Source: an uncultured Gammaproteobacteria bacterium (GTDB lineage Bacteria > Patescibacteriota > Microgenomatia > Daviesbacterales > UBA10151). Taken from it: a DNA stretch of 64,000 bases. The notes below the pieces were generated by a model that worked only from the letters and a program-made list of their open reading frames with translations, made no database searches and was not told the origin of the DNA. Below, in pieces: positions 9,266 to 19,367 of this stretch (position 1 is its first letter; the number at the start of each line of letters is the position of its first letter). The stretch lies in NCBI GenBank assembly GCA_964394855.1, contig CAYMZD010000003.1, forward strand, positions 94,041-158,040, given 5' to 3'. The translations under genes were made by a program, and so were the position numbers.

Positions 9266-10190
9266 AATGAATATGCTCTAATTGAACATCAAGATTATTT
9301 GGATGTTGTAAGTATTGTACTAAAAGCTCTGCTTCCAGATTACAACCCAACCTTTGAGCTCTTCTTTTTGCCTTAAAGGCTTCAATGTTAATTGGCAACA
9401 TCTCATTATCCCTTTGAGTTGGAGCATATCTAAAAGGAACTTCCACTTGAGCTACTCGCAAACCAGAGTACAAAGCCTCAATAACCGGAAATATTTGGCA
9501 ATTAGACCAACCTTCTATATTGGAAGCTTTTTCGGCTTCTGTTTCTCTTGGTCCTGTATATCTATATCTTTTCATAAATAAATTGACCACATCTTTTGTA
9601 TTTCGTAAAGCTATAAACCCAGAGAATAAATCAAGTTCTTCTCCTTCACCCAAAAGTCCAGCTGCTCTTAAAATTCCCGCATACCCTCTGTTAGTGGCTG
9701 TTTCTGACTCATATCCATAATCGGGATAAGATTCTTGAAACTGTGGTTCTCCCCGTTTACCCACTACTATGTCTGCTTCACCTCGATAAAGTGGCTCCAT
9801 CAGCTGCGGCAAATAATTTACCACATCATGTTTCTCCGCTTCAGACCGGAAAATATATCTTACACCCTCCAATTCAGAAGCTACTCTAATTCCCATTTTT
9901 TTACCTGGAGCCATACTGGGTTTTTCCAAATTAACCACTGTTACTCCTTTAGGGATTTCCTGCAAAAATGGATTGGAAGAACCACTTTCAGCCACTACCA
10001 CTCTATAGCCGGCACTATGAGCGGTTTTAATAAACCACAAACCTAAGTCTCCCCTAACCTTTGACACATCTGATAAATCCTCTAGCTGACCTTCATGCCA
10101 TGTGGGATAAAGAGTACTCACTACCACTCCTATTTCTTCAGGCTTAATCCAAGCAGGCAATTCTCTGATACTACTTTCAGTCATTGACAT
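9264..10190 (-). CDS. Hypothetical protein, possibly a divergent GT-A-like enzyme; visibly higher GC than neighbours
   Basis: 308 aa ORF; 'GEADIVVGKRGEP' resembles the GT2 'D-x-V-x-GSR' region but there is no clear N-terminal DXD motif; composition differs from flanks. Confidence 0.4.
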   Translation of the reverse strand: MSMTESSIRELPAWIKPEEIGVVVSTLYPTWHEGQLEDLSDVSKVRGDLGLWFIKTAHSAGYRVVVAESGSSNPFLQEIPKGVTVVNLEKPSMAPGKKMGIRVASELEGVRYIFRSEAEKHDVVNYLPQLMEPLYRGEADIVVGKRGEPQFQESYPDYGYESETATNRGYAGILRAAGLLGEGEELDLFSGFIALRNTKDVVNLFMKRYRYTGPRETEAEKASNIEGWSNCQIFPVIEALYSGLRVAQVEVPFRYAPTQRDNEMLPINIEAFKAKRRAQRLGCNLEAELLVQYLQHPNNLDVQLEHIH

Positions 10191-10220
10191 AACTTGAGGA
10201 TTATATCAAACTAAACTCAA

Positions 10221-10622
10221 ATGTCAAGGCTTGGATTTTGGGAAATGATTAGATTTTTATTGGTTGGCTCTTTGGCGGTTTTAACGGATTTTATCATTTA
10301 TTTTATGCTGATCTTTTTTAATTTGCCCACTTCTCCAGCCAAAGGCATTTCCTGGATTTCCGGCAACATTGTGTCATTTTTTGGCCACCGCAAATTTGTC
10401 TTCCATGCCACGGATAAAAAAGCCAAATATCAAATTCTTCCCTTTGCCCTGCTGTATTTTTCTACCTTCCTTATTAATAACGTAGTTAATGAACTGATGT
10501 TACAATTTACAAGTTTCAAGTTATTGGCTTGGTTTATAGCCACAGCCGTGGCTGTTTCTATCAACTATTTAGGCCTTAAACTGGTAGTCTTTAAAAAAAT
10601 TAGTTCTGGGAGTACTCAATAA
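10221..10622 (+). CDS. GtrA family small membrane protein (polyprenyl-P-sugar translocation component)
   Basis: 133 aa, 4 TM; 'FLLVGSLAVLTDFIIYFML...GNIVSFFGHRKFVF' is the classic GtrA pattern. Confidence 0.7.
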   Translation: MSRLGFWEMIRFLLVGSLAVLTDFIIYFMLIFFNLPTSPAKGISWISGNIVSFFGHRKFVFHATDKKAKYQILPFALLYFSTFLINNVVNELMLQFTSFKLLAWFIATAVAVSINYLGLKLVVFKKISSGSTQ

Positions 10623-12924
10623 TATAACCTCTATTTTTTAATTCATCAAAAGTTAAGGGTCTCACAATAATATTACTCATTTCCGCTTTTATTGGCGGGG
10701 GAGTTAACAGTTTAATATTTTTTAAAACAGTTCCTCCTTGGGGAACAACGACTTCGAAGTCCCCCACTCCACCAACTTGAATTTCCAAAGACTGGCAGTT
10801 TTGGTCAATTGATGCATATTTATCAGTTTCAAAACAAATTTTGGCATTATATTTATTATTAGTTAAATAATTTTGTATCAAAACTTTATTAGCCTCCGAT
10901 GCAACAAAATCAAATGGGTTTTCTTCAATTCTTCCTGCCAGATCAAAATCAATACCTTCGAATCCTGTTTCTATAATTTCCAGTTCAGCTATTTGTGGTT
11001 CATCATGCGCGGAAGTATCAAAAATCTCCATTTTAAAATATTTGCAAAGGACAGGAGAAAAGTTATCAATCACTTTTAATTTATTTGTTTTTGCCGAGTG
11101 TGGCATTGCTGTAAAATTTAATCCATTTAAGGAACAAGAATATGAATACTTCGTGGGAATTTTGTTGGGGTGTCCGGCTGTAAAATAGACCCCTTTAATA
11201 TTCTTAACTAACCCTAAATCCAAAATAATTTCTGTCTTTTCCTTGTAATGCCATTTTAATCTGTGGGCCAACCAGGAAGTTTCCAAATTGTCATCTGCTA
11301 TGTTTTGGATTTCATGGTATCTCCACTGGGAAGAAGTGGTGGCACTAACCTCTTTATAAAAACTTTTTCTGGAAGATAAATAGTTTAAATATTTATCTAA
11401 GTTTAAATTGTTATTTGTGAAATTTATTTTACTATTATCGACTTGTGACTGTAATCTAAACCGCAGCATTAAAGGAGATGAAAAGGTTACCTTTCCTTCA
11501 CTTTCATCCCACAAGGCTCGGCGTGTTAAATCAGTGGTATTGGTTAAACCTTTTTCAGAATCATAAAAAAAAGTATAAAACTTTTCGGGAGTAACTTTGC
11601 CATCCCGGATTAGAGCTAATGCTTCCTGGAAAGTTTCCGGTAAATATAGATCAAATCTGTCTATACCGTAGTGTAGAGCGATGGAGGTTGTAACATTCAT
11701 TGAGCCGACTGCTAAGGCAGCACCTGTTTGAGCGTTACTTTTGGTGTCAGAGCGAACATCAAAATATATAGCAGAACCTTTTGGTAAAACCGGTACTTCT
11801 TTTTTTAGCTGCTCATAAAACCTGCGGGAAGATAGGCCTCTATCTTGAATGATTTTTGCTTCTGCTAAATTATTGAAAATAATATGAGAAACTATCACCA
11901 CCAAGCAGGCCAAGTAAAATTTTCTATCGCTTTTAAAAACTTCTCTAAAAAGTATTACTGTAAAAATGGCAAAGCCCACTATTGAGGTAGTAATATAGCG
12001 ATCTGTTGACTCAAAAACTTCTCCCCCTGTTGTAATATAGGGCACCAAGTAATGAGCCAGCATAAAAATAATTCCCAACCAAAACAAAGAGTGTTTTTTC
12101 CAAATAAAAATAAATCCCAACCCCCCAACAAATAACCACAGTGGAATATTGAGCATATCCGGCAAGATCATGTTTTGAAGCTGCTGAAAGGGCGCTAAAA
12201 GTAAGGATAAGTCTCCCTCCTTAAAAATTTTGTCAGTCAGTCTCCCCAGCCACTCACCACCCCGGGAGTCTTGATACCAGAATCGAAAAGCGATAATAAA
12301 CGGTAAAACCCTGGCCAAGGATAAGAACCATTTAAAATGAAGCAATACTTCAAGTCCCAAAATTAAAAAAATCACCCCATGGCTTCTGACAAATCCTGTT
12401 TCCATAGTATAAACAAATAAAACTAACGATAAAAAGTAGAAAAGAAGCTTTTTTGTTTTACTTTTAAAGCTCAATATATAAAAAGCCAGGGATATATTCA
12501 TGGCGGTTATCATGTGCGAAGTCTGAAGTGAGGTAGAAACTCTCCAAATACTCTCTGCCCCAATGTATCCTGCGGCGAAAATTAAGGAAGCCCAAAATGC
12601 TAGGTTTTTCTTTTGAAATAAAACATAGGCTAAAAAATAAAAGGACAAAGAAGCCAGAAAATAAAAAATTATTCCTACCAAATAATATCCCCGAGGCTCT
12701 GTACCAAAAATTAAGTAAAAAGGGTAAACCAAAGCCGCCACTCCTCTATAGGCACTACTGCTGTCATACACACCAGTTCCAAAGTGACCCGCCGGCCCTT
12801 CTATATTTTGTACTTTGAAAATAATGGCATTATCATCCTCCCAAAAATACATCCCCAGCATTGCTCCATATGAGAGCCAAACAATTAAAAAAATCAAAAG
12901 GAAGGGTTTAATTTTTTGAAACAT
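10600..12924 (-). CDS. Paralog of 1122..3521: multi-pass membrane (GT-C-like, 'WEDD' motif) protein with C-terminal discoidin domain
   Basis: N-terminus 'MYFWEDDNAIIFKVQN...GHFGTGVYDSSSAYRGV' aligns with 'MYVWQDDHAVMFKLQH...GQFGTGIYDRSSAYRGV'; C-terminus 'TSSQWRYHEIQNIADDNLETSWLAHRLKW...PQIAELEIIE'. Confidence 0.6.
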   Translation of the reverse strand: MFQKIKPFLLIFLIVWLSYGAMLGMYFWEDDNAIIFKVQNIEGPAGHFGTGVYDSSSAYRGVAALVYPFYLIFGTEPRGYYLVGIIFYFLASLSFYFLAYVLFQKKNLAFWASLIFAAGYIGAESIWRVSTSLQTSHMITAMNISLAFYILSFKSKTKKLLFYFLSLVLFVYTMETGFVRSHGVIFLILGLEVLLHFKWFLSLARVLPFIIAFRFWYQDSRGGEWLGRLTDKIFKEGDLSLLLAPFQQLQNMILPDMLNIPLWLFVGGLGFIFIWKKHSLFWLGIIFMLAHYLVPYITTGGEVFESTDRYITTSIVGFAIFTVILFREVFKSDRKFYLACLVVIVSHIIFNNLAEAKIIQDRGLSSRRFYEQLKKEVPVLPKGSAIYFDVRSDTKSNAQTGAALAVGSMNVTTSIALHYGIDRFDLYLPETFQEALALIRDGKVTPEKFYTFFYDSEKGLTNTTDLTRRALWDESEGKVTFSSPLMLRFRLQSQVDNSKINFTNNNLNLDKYLNYLSSRKSFYKEVSATTSSQWRYHEIQNIADDNLETSWLAHRLKWHYKEKTEIILDLGLVKNIKGVYFTAGHPNKIPTKYSYSCSLNGLNFTAMPHSAKTNKLKVIDNFSPVLCKYFKMEIFDTSAHDEPQIAELEIIETGFEGIDFDLAGRIEENPFDFVASEANKVLIQNYLTNNKYNAKICFETDKYASIDQNCQSLEIQVGGVGDFEVVVPQGGTVLKNIKLLTPPPIKAEMSNIIVRPLTFDELKNRGYIIEYSQN

Positions 12925-13996
12925 CTTTTTTAACTTCTGCTAAACAATCGTAAATATTATCAATCTTCCCCCCCATTACTATATGAAAATTGTCAATTCC
13001 ATAATTTTGTCGGTAGAGAATGGGTCTTTTATCAGAATCTTCTGCCTCCTCCAAAACCGTCTTAACCTCAAATATGGAAGAGGCATATTGACTTCCCGAA
13101 AATGATGGAATAAATCTTTGCACATCTTTTATCATATACATAAACTTACTTTTGTGTGACAGTTTCGGCGCTCTTGTGTTATCGTTCCAGGCAAGATGTG
13201 GGGTATATCTGACATGATGAATGGTATGTAATTTTTGGGGGGGGAAGGGCATAATCGAAAAAAAAGGACCATCTAAAATAGTGATCGCTAAATCCTTAAA
13301 TTTTTCGGGAATTTTTATAAGTGGCATTTCTGTCCATTCATATTTAAATGGCAGTAGCGGTAAATTACTATTTTTTAGAATTTGATTGATTTGGGAATAG
13401 CTACAGTTAAAAATCTGCTTACCGAAGATTACTTTGCCGCTTTTAAAGTAAGCTAAAATAGCGCTACCATCTTTTCCTTTGATTTTTTCTACTTCTTCGT
13501 TAAAGATAAGTTTCACACCCGCTTTTTTTAATTTTTCTTTTAAAATTTTTCGCAGTTTCAAAGCATCAAAAACAAGCTCCTCTACTTTAAAAACTCCATC
13601 AATTAAGGTGGAATTAAATAGTTTTTTAATCTCGGTGGGGGCCTCCTCTATTGGCGAACCAATTTTTTGGCAGAATTTAACAAACTGCCAAGCCGTGGTT
13701 TTGGATAGGTTTGAAGCAATGGCATATATTTTTTGAAAGTTATTATTAATCGACTGATTAAAATCCTTGATAAATCTTCCATAATTGTAATGGGAACGAA
13801 GGGCTGTTAAAAATGAACGGGGATAGTGGTAGCCGTTGTGAACCCTGGCTTGGTTATTGTAGGAAGCTCTCATCAAAAGATCTTTTTCTTTTTCAATAAT
13901 GGCTACTTTGTTAACTTTTGTTTTAAAATAGAGCGCCAACATACATCCATAAAATCCCCCGCCAATTATCACAATATCAAATTTTTTATAGCTCAT
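12908..13996 (-). CDS. FAD/NAD(P)-binding oxidoreductase
   Basis: 'KFDIVIIGGGFYGCMLALYF' dinucleotide-binding motif at N-terminus; 362 aa; contains a G8 homopolymer at 13237..13244. Confidence 0.6.
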   Translation of the reverse strand: MSYKKFDIVIIGGGFYGCMLALYFKTKVNKVAIIEKEKDLLMRASYNNQARVHNGYHYPRSFLTALRSHYNYGRFIKDFNQSINNNFQKIYAIASNLSKTTAWQFVKFCQKIGSPIEEAPTEIKKLFNSTLIDGVFKVEELVFDALKLRKILKEKLKKAGVKLIFNEEVEKIKGKDGSAILAYFKSGKVIFGKQIFNCSYSQINQILKNSNLPLLPFKYEWTEMPLIKIPEKFKDLAITILDGPFFSIMPFPPQKLHTIHHVRYTPHLAWNDNTRAPKLSHKSKFMYMIKDVQRFIPSFSGSQYASSIFEVKTVLEEAEDSDKRPILYRQNYGIDNFHIVMGGKIDNIYDCLAEVKKDVSKN

Positions 13997-15587
13997 TATT
14001 TTTTAATAACTTAAATCTAGAGTCATAATATAAAGTTATAATATCTTTACGGCTCGCTCCTTTGGTTTTTATCACTTCTTCCAATTTGGCTTTTTCCCAA
14101 AAATAACCAAAACCCACCCCTTGAATTTCTTTATATCCCTGTTCCCCAATTCCCCAAAGGTATTGTTCGCTAATTAAGGATTTAAGCTCTTGAGGAGCTT
14201 TATTTTGACCGTAGTACCAAACAAGCAGAGTATAACCTAAGCCCTGCTGCCAGGGCATGGGATTACCCGCGCTGACATAAAAATTTCGATCCCCGCTAAC
14301 ATAAAAAACGGTTTTTTGATCTAACTTTGGCTTTATTTTCAGGATTTCTCCCAAAATATATTTTCTCTCTATAGCCAACTCCTCTTGTTTTTGGATTTCA
14401 GCTTTAACAACCGTGGCGTGTATCAAAATGAAAATTAAAAAAAGACTTATTAGAAACTTTTTATTTTGAGTTATCAACCCGGCTAGGATACCCCAACCAA
14501 AAGCCGCCAAATAATAGTAGCGGTTCTCCAAGTAGGCCCCATTTTTACCGATAATCACATAGGGAAGAAAGCTAAAAATGATAAAGAGAGCAAAGAATAT
14601 GACATATTTTTTGTCGGGATTGTTTTTGAAAAGTATAAATAATAAAAAAGCAATCATTAGACTTAAAAAGACAGCTAATCCATCTAAAACCACCGATTGA
14701 GCAACCAGATCGTAGATATCAGGAGGTAAAAAGGGATAATATACCCAAGTTAAATGCTTAGCAAAATTAAAAAAAGCTTCCGAGGGAATGAGGGTAAGGG
14801 AAAATGAGGTAAGAGGATAAATTAGTACTCTACTTATAATTGTTAAAAATGGATTTGTTGTTGCACCGGTAATAAATAAATCTTTCTCTACCGGAATTGA
14901 TTGAAACTGAATCACTACCACGCTAAAGGAAATTAAGAAAAATATCACGAAAGCAGTAAATCTCAATAGCCATTTCTTGAAAGGGTAGTGTAAAAATATC
15001 AAGTGAAAAAGCGGCAGAAAAATAAATAAAAATATACCGATCTCTTTAAAATATAAAGATATATACAAACTGGTAAAAACCCCAAATAACCACTTTAGTT
15101 GATTGGTTTCAATAAATTTAAAATAACTAAGCAGTCCCAAAAGAATTAAGGTAGTGGCGGGTAGAGTACCGGTTCCTGAAGCTGCCCAGGTAACCGCACC
15201 AGCAGCGACCCCATTAAAAGCAAAAAATAAGGATGCCAGTAAGCTTAAAATTTTATTCTTCAGGAATTTATTAGCCAACAGATAAACCAAACAAGTATTA
15301 ATTGCATGGAAAGTAATGGCAAAAAGAGCCACCGGTACAATGTTGAAGGGAAACCTACCCAACAGCCAAAAAACTAAAGCATCAGCAACTATTCTACCCT
15401 GACCTAATATCACAGACAGGGGGTTGATGCCAACGAAAATGGATTGATACCCTTTAGTTAAAATGTCCCCTAAACCATACCATTCATCTTGTTGATAAAA
15501 AGTTAAAGTCAACTCCCAAAATACTAAAACAACAAATAAAGATAATAAAATATAAGGAAAAAATTTTAATATTAAAAGTTTATTCAT
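13986..15587 (-). CDS. Integral membrane protein, GT-C-like (12 or more TM helices, 'QQDEWYG' first-loop motif)
   Basis: Hydrophobicity pattern; DE motif after first TM; 533 aa. Confidence 0.45.
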   Translation of the reverse strand: MNKLLILKFFPYILLSLFVVLVFWELTLTFYQQDEWYGLGDILTKGYQSIFVGINPLSVILGQGRIVADALVFWLLGRFPFNIVPVALFAITFHAINTCLVYLLANKFLKNKILSLLASLFFAFNGVAAGAVTWAASGTGTLPATTLILLGLLSYFKFIETNQLKWLFGVFTSLYISLYFKEIGIFLFIFLPLFHLIFLHYPFKKWLLRFTAFVIFFLISFSVVVIQFQSIPVEKDLFITGATTNPFLTIISRVLIYPLTSFSLTLIPSEAFFNFAKHLTWVYYPFLPPDIYDLVAQSVVLDGLAVFLSLMIAFLLFILFKNNPDKKYVIFFALFIIFSFLPYVIIGKNGAYLENRYYYLAAFGWGILAGLITQNKKFLISLFLIFILIHATVVKAEIQKQEELAIERKYILGEILKIKPKLDQKTVFYVSGDRNFYVSAGNPMPWQQGLGYTLLVWYYGQNKAPQELKSLISEQYLWGIGEQGYKEIQGVGFGYFWEKAKLEEVIKTKGASRKDIITLYYDSRFKLLKNNEL

Positions 15588-17353
15588 TTTTTGGAAATTA
15601 AGTAGTTCTCTAAGACCAAATATTCAAGATCGGAATTTTCAAAAGTTAGTATTGCTTCTTCTGGACCCTTCACAATGGGAAAACCATGAAGATTAAATGA
15701 GGTATTTAATACTCCTCCAATGCCGGTTAGTTTTTCAAATTCTTTGATGATTTTATAATACAATGGGTTATAATTTTCTTCTAAAAGCTGTGGTCTAAGC
15801 GTCAAATCATATGGATGAAGTGCTGCCACTAACTGCTTTCTTGCCAGTTCTGTTGAATTAAAACCAATCATCATATAGGGAGAATGAAATCTTTTGGGGT
15901 TTATTACATAATCATTCATCCTCTCCCATAAAATGGTTGGGGCAAATGGCATCCAAAAATCTCTGCCTTTAATTTGATCGTTAATAGTACGAATTATTTG
16001 CGGATTGGAAGGATTAGCTAAAATAGAACGGTTCCCCAAAGCTCTGGCCCCAAATTCCATCCTACCACTACACCTGGCTACAATTTTACCTTGAGCCAGC
16101 AGTTTTGCTACCTGGCTCTCAATATCTTTAAACTTTTTAACTTTATATTTTTTATCAATCTTTTTGTTTCTAATAAATTTTAGCGTTTGGCTATCACTAA
16201 ATTGTGGCCCCCAATAAATATCCCTTATCGTAGCTTCTTTCAGATATTTTCCTGCGTTTAGCATTAAAAAACCCAAGTAACAGGCCCCAATGGGGGTGGA
16301 TTCATCAGAGGCAGATGGCATGATAAATAATTCTTTAACAGATTTAAGTTCGGCAATTTTTTGATTAACCTTAATATTCATAATTACCCCTCCTGCTAAA
16401 GCTACTACATTTAGCTTGGTCTTTTTAATTGAAGCTTCAACCCATTGGGTAATTTTTTCTTCTAAAAGGCGCTGGAATAGGCTGGCTAAAAGATCAAATC
16501 TCACTTTGGATAATTTCCTTTTAATAAACTTATCAGTATCGAGGGTGTTAAATCTTGTTTTGAAAACTAAAGGATTTCGCGGATCAAAATAGATAATATC
16601 TTTGACTAAATCATAAACTCTATTAACATCTTCACTTCTAGCATAAGGAGCAAGGCCCATCACCTTGTATTCATGCTCATTATCCTTCATCCCCAGGCTT
16701 TGAGTCAATCTGGCATAGATGTAACCAAGGGAGCTTTCTCTGGAAGTTTTAGCCAAAACTTTATATTTCTTACCTTCAAATATACTCACTGATGATGAAC
16801 AAAAATCACCCTCCCCATCAATTGTTAAAACCAGACATTTTTGTTGGTTAAATGAAGATGCAAAATAAGCAGAAGCGGCATGGCAAAGATGGTGATCAAA
16901 AGAGACTATTTTCTCCGCTGGAATATTTAAATACTCCGCAACAGCGCGCCGCTCCCGCACCATGTGTATTTTTTCCACCATTAAGGTAGCTGCCCGAAAC
17001 ATGAATTGACCAATTGGTAACAGCTGAGGAAATTTGAAAGTAATTTCCCCCCAAATTTTTCTTATCAGCCCCACCACTTTGTAAATAACGATTAAAAAAG
17101 AGAGCATGGCATCTTTTTCATCTTTTCTAAAAGAGTGCATGGGTGCACCATATTTATAAGGAATGGCTACTAAATCCAACTCCTCTGATTTTATTCCCGC
17201 TTCTTTTAAGCAATAATCAATGGCTTGTTTGGGAAAGCCATAATGGTTTTTTACTCCGGAAAATCTTTCTTCAGAGGTACTAGATAGAACCTTACCATCT
17301 TTTAATAAAGCACAAGTAGCATTATGGGTATTATAAATTCCTAAAATATACAT
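15584..17353 (-). CDS. Carbamoyltransferase, NodU/CmcH/TobZ family
   Basis: 'ILGIYNTHNATCALLKDGKV...EERFSGVKNHYGFP' is the carbamoyltransferase N-terminal domain, followed by a C-terminal carbamoyltransferase domain; start set at 'MYILG' (17353) rather than the ORF-track start 17398 because the paralog 20877..22628 and the duplicated fragment at 20064..20092 both begin there. Confidence 0.8.
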   Translation of the reverse strand: MYILGIYNTHNATCALLKDGKVLSSTSEERFSGVKNHYGFPKQAIDYCLKEAGIKSEELDLVAIPYKYGAPMHSFRKDEKDAMLSFLIVIYKVVGLIRKIWGEITFKFPQLLPIGQFMFRAATLMVEKIHMVRERRAVAEYLNIPAEKIVSFDHHLCHAASAYFASSFNQQKCLVLTIDGEGDFCSSSVSIFEGKKYKVLAKTSRESSLGYIYARLTQSLGMKDNEHEYKVMGLAPYARSEDVNRVYDLVKDIIYFDPRNPLVFKTRFNTLDTDKFIKRKLSKVRFDLLASLFQRLLEEKITQWVEASIKKTKLNVVALAGGVIMNIKVNQKIAELKSVKELFIMPSASDESTPIGACYLGFLMLNAGKYLKEATIRDIYWGPQFSDSQTLKFIRNKKIDKKYKVKKFKDIESQVAKLLAQGKIVARCSGRMEFGARALGNRSILANPSNPQIIRTINDQIKGRDFWMPFAPTILWERMNDYVINPKRFHSPYMMIGFNSTELARKQLVAALHPYDLTLRPQLLEENYNPLYYKIIKEFEKLTGIGGVLNTSFNLHGFPIVKGPEEAILTFENSDLEYLVLENYLISKK

Positions 17354-17436
17354 CTTAAAGAATAGTAAAGTATACCATAAGTCTATATTTATAATCATTT
17401 GTTTACTACTATCCTTTGCTAAAAAATAATATAATC

Positions 17437-18555
17437 ATGAAAGCAAAAAAAGAAATTATTATGAGGAAAATAATTCTGGTGACAGGTTCTGCTGGATTAA
17501 TAGGTTCTGAATCAGTCAGATTCTTTTGTAAAAAGGGGTTTAATGTGGTGGGAATTGACAATGATGCTAGGGGATACTTCTTTGGTCCATCGGCTAGTAT
17601 CAAGCGAAATAAAATATTATTACAAAAACAATATCCTAATTATACACACTTAAGCATTGATATCAGAAATCAAAAAAAGGTCGAAGAATTATTTAAAACT
17701 TTCAAATTTTCCTTAGTTATACATGCTGCTGCTCAACCATCTCATGATTGGGCAGTTAAGGAACCCTTAACTGATTTTACAATTAATGCCCTTGGAACAC
17801 ACATTCTTTTGGAATGCCTTAGAAAATATTGCCCAAGTGCAGTATTTATATTTACTTCGACCAATAAAATCTACGGTAATAATCCCAATAAACTCCCCAT
17901 TTTTGAATTAGAAACCAGGTACGAAGTTTTAGAAGACCACCCATTTAAAAACGGTATTGACGAAACTATGTCAATTGATAATTGTACCCATAGCATTTTT
18001 GGGGTGTCAAAAGCTGCTGCCGATTTAATGGTTCAAGAGTATGGCAGGTATTTTGGGTTAAATACCGGAGTCTTCAGAGGCGGTTGTTTAACTGGCCCTG
18101 CCCATACCCCAGCTCAACTCCATGGATTTTTAGCTTATCTTGTTTACTCCATAGCCAACAAAATTCCCTATACTATATTTGGTTATAAAGGTAAGCAGGT
18201 CAGAGATAATATTCATGCTTACGATGTAGTTAATGCTTTTTATCATTTTTATAAAAATCCAAAGCAGGGAGAGGTTTATAATATAGGTGGCGGAAGATTT
18301 TCCAATATCTCGATACTGGAGGCAATTAAAAAAATAGAAAAAATTACCAATATAAGAGCAAAGGTAAGCTATATTCATAAGAATAGAGTTGGTGACCATA
18401 TCTGGTATATTTCTGATATCTCGAAACTTAAAAAACATTTCCCGGATTGGAACTACACTTATAATATAGATAAAATTTTAACTGAACTTTGTCAATTCAC
18501 CATGGAAAACATCTCCAAAAGCATACAAGCAATTACTAAAAAGTTAAAAATCTAA
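17437..18555 (+). CDS. Extended SDR NAD-dependent epimerase, CDP-paratose/tyvelose 2-epimerase-like
   Basis: '[15 protein letters not shown]' Rossmann motif; 'STNKIYG', '[13 protein letters not shown]' and '[13 protein letters not shown]' match remembered CDP-tyvelose 2-epimerase motifs; alternative start 17461. Confidence 0.65.
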   Translation: MKAKKEIIMRKIILVTGSAGLIGSESVRFFCKKGFNVVGIDNDARGYFFGPSASIKRNKILLQKQYPNYTHLSIDIRNQKKVEELFKTFKFSLVIHAAAQPSHDWAVKEPLTDFTINALGTHILLECLRKYCPSAVFIFTSTNKIYGNNPNKLPIFELETRYEVLEDHPFKNGIDETMSIDNCTHSIFGVSKAAADLMVQEYGRYFGLNTGVFRGGCLTGPAHTPAQLHGFLAYLVYSIANKIPYTIFGYKGKQVRDNIHAYDVVNAFYHFYKNPKQGEVYNIGGGRFSNISILEAIKKIEKITNIRAKVSYIHKNRVGDHIWYISDISKLKKHFPDWNYTYNIDKILTELCQFTMENISKSIQAITKKLKI

Positions 18556-19313
18556 GATGAAGTCTTTGAACGTGGAGCCTCCCATTTAATTAACAGCGAC
18601 ATCAAAAGTACCCTTAAATAATAAGGGCCGACACTAAATAACTTAAACTTAGATAGACCCATACTTTCGGTTCTCCCAATCCACTTAACCGGTACCTCAC
18701 CTATTTTATATCCATAAATTATGGGGTAAATTCCTGTTTCAGCATTAATAGAAAAATTCCAAGATGATAAAGGAATTCGATCAAAAATTTCTTTTTTGTA
18801 GAATTTAAAGTTATTGGTTAAATCTTTCTGTTTAATTCCCAGTAATATTTTACATAAAAAATGAAAAGCTCGATTGGCGATTTTTTTGGCCCAAGGATAT
18901 CTGATTAAGCTATTGGGTAACAAATATCTCGAACCAACTAAACCATCATAATTGTCAATCTGTTCTAAAAATAACTTTATATCAGGAATGTTATCTATAA
19001 AATCCGCATCCATTGTTAAAATGTGTGTTGCCTCACTGTTAACCTTTCTAATCCCATCTCTGATTGCTAACCCTACACCGTTGGGAGGGATCCGATGGAC
19101 AACCTTAACTTTTCTATTTTTTTTAGTTAAACGGTCCACTATTTTTCCCGTTCGATCTGTGGAGTTATCATCAACTATAATTATTTCATATATTTCTTTG
19201 GGGTAGATCTCCAAGAATGTCTCAACTAATTTCTTGATATTATTCTCTTCATTATGGGCTGGTATAACAATCGCCAACTTTATTTTCATATATTTATATA
19301 TTTGAATATCCAA
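18552..19313 (-). CDS. GT2 family glycosyltransferase (DPM-synthase-like, soluble)
   Basis: '[14 protein letters not shown]...[14 protein letters not shown]' and 'DADF' motifs. Confidence 0.75.
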   Translation of the reverse strand: MDIQIYKYMKIKLAIVIPAHNEENNIKKLVETFLEIYPKEIYEIIIVDDNSTDRTGKIVDRLTKKNRKVKVVHRIPPNGVGLAIRDGIRKVNSEATHILTMDADFIDNIPDIKLFLEQIDNYDGLVGSRYLLPNSLIRYPWAKKIANRAFHFLCKILLGIKQKDLTNNFKFYKKEIFDRIPLSSWNFSINAETGIYPIIYGYKIGEVPVKWIGRTESMGLSKFKLFSVGPYYLRVLLMSLLIKWEAPRSKTSS

Positions 19314-19325
19314 ATTATAATACCC

Positions 19326-19354
19326 TTGACTGCTAGATTACTAGTATATAAACT
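19326..19354 (+). promoter_or_regulatory. Candidate sigma70-like promoter (TTGACT -35; TATAAA/TAAACT -10) for the methyltransferase gene
   Basis: TTGACT at 19326..19331; -10-like hexamers 15-17 nt downstream; ATG at 19368. Confidence 0.3.
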
Positions 19355-19367
19355 CTATTCTTAAGTT

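Noticed and set aside
12121-12126. Several C6/G6 runs (for example 8562..8567, 12121..12126, 17047..17052, 46178..46183, 48087..48092, 53604..53609, 55887..55892, 58582..58587) as phase-variation tracts
   Set aside because: Six-mers are within chance expectation for 64 kb and are usually too short for efficient slippage; only the tracts of 7 nt or longer were kept as findings.
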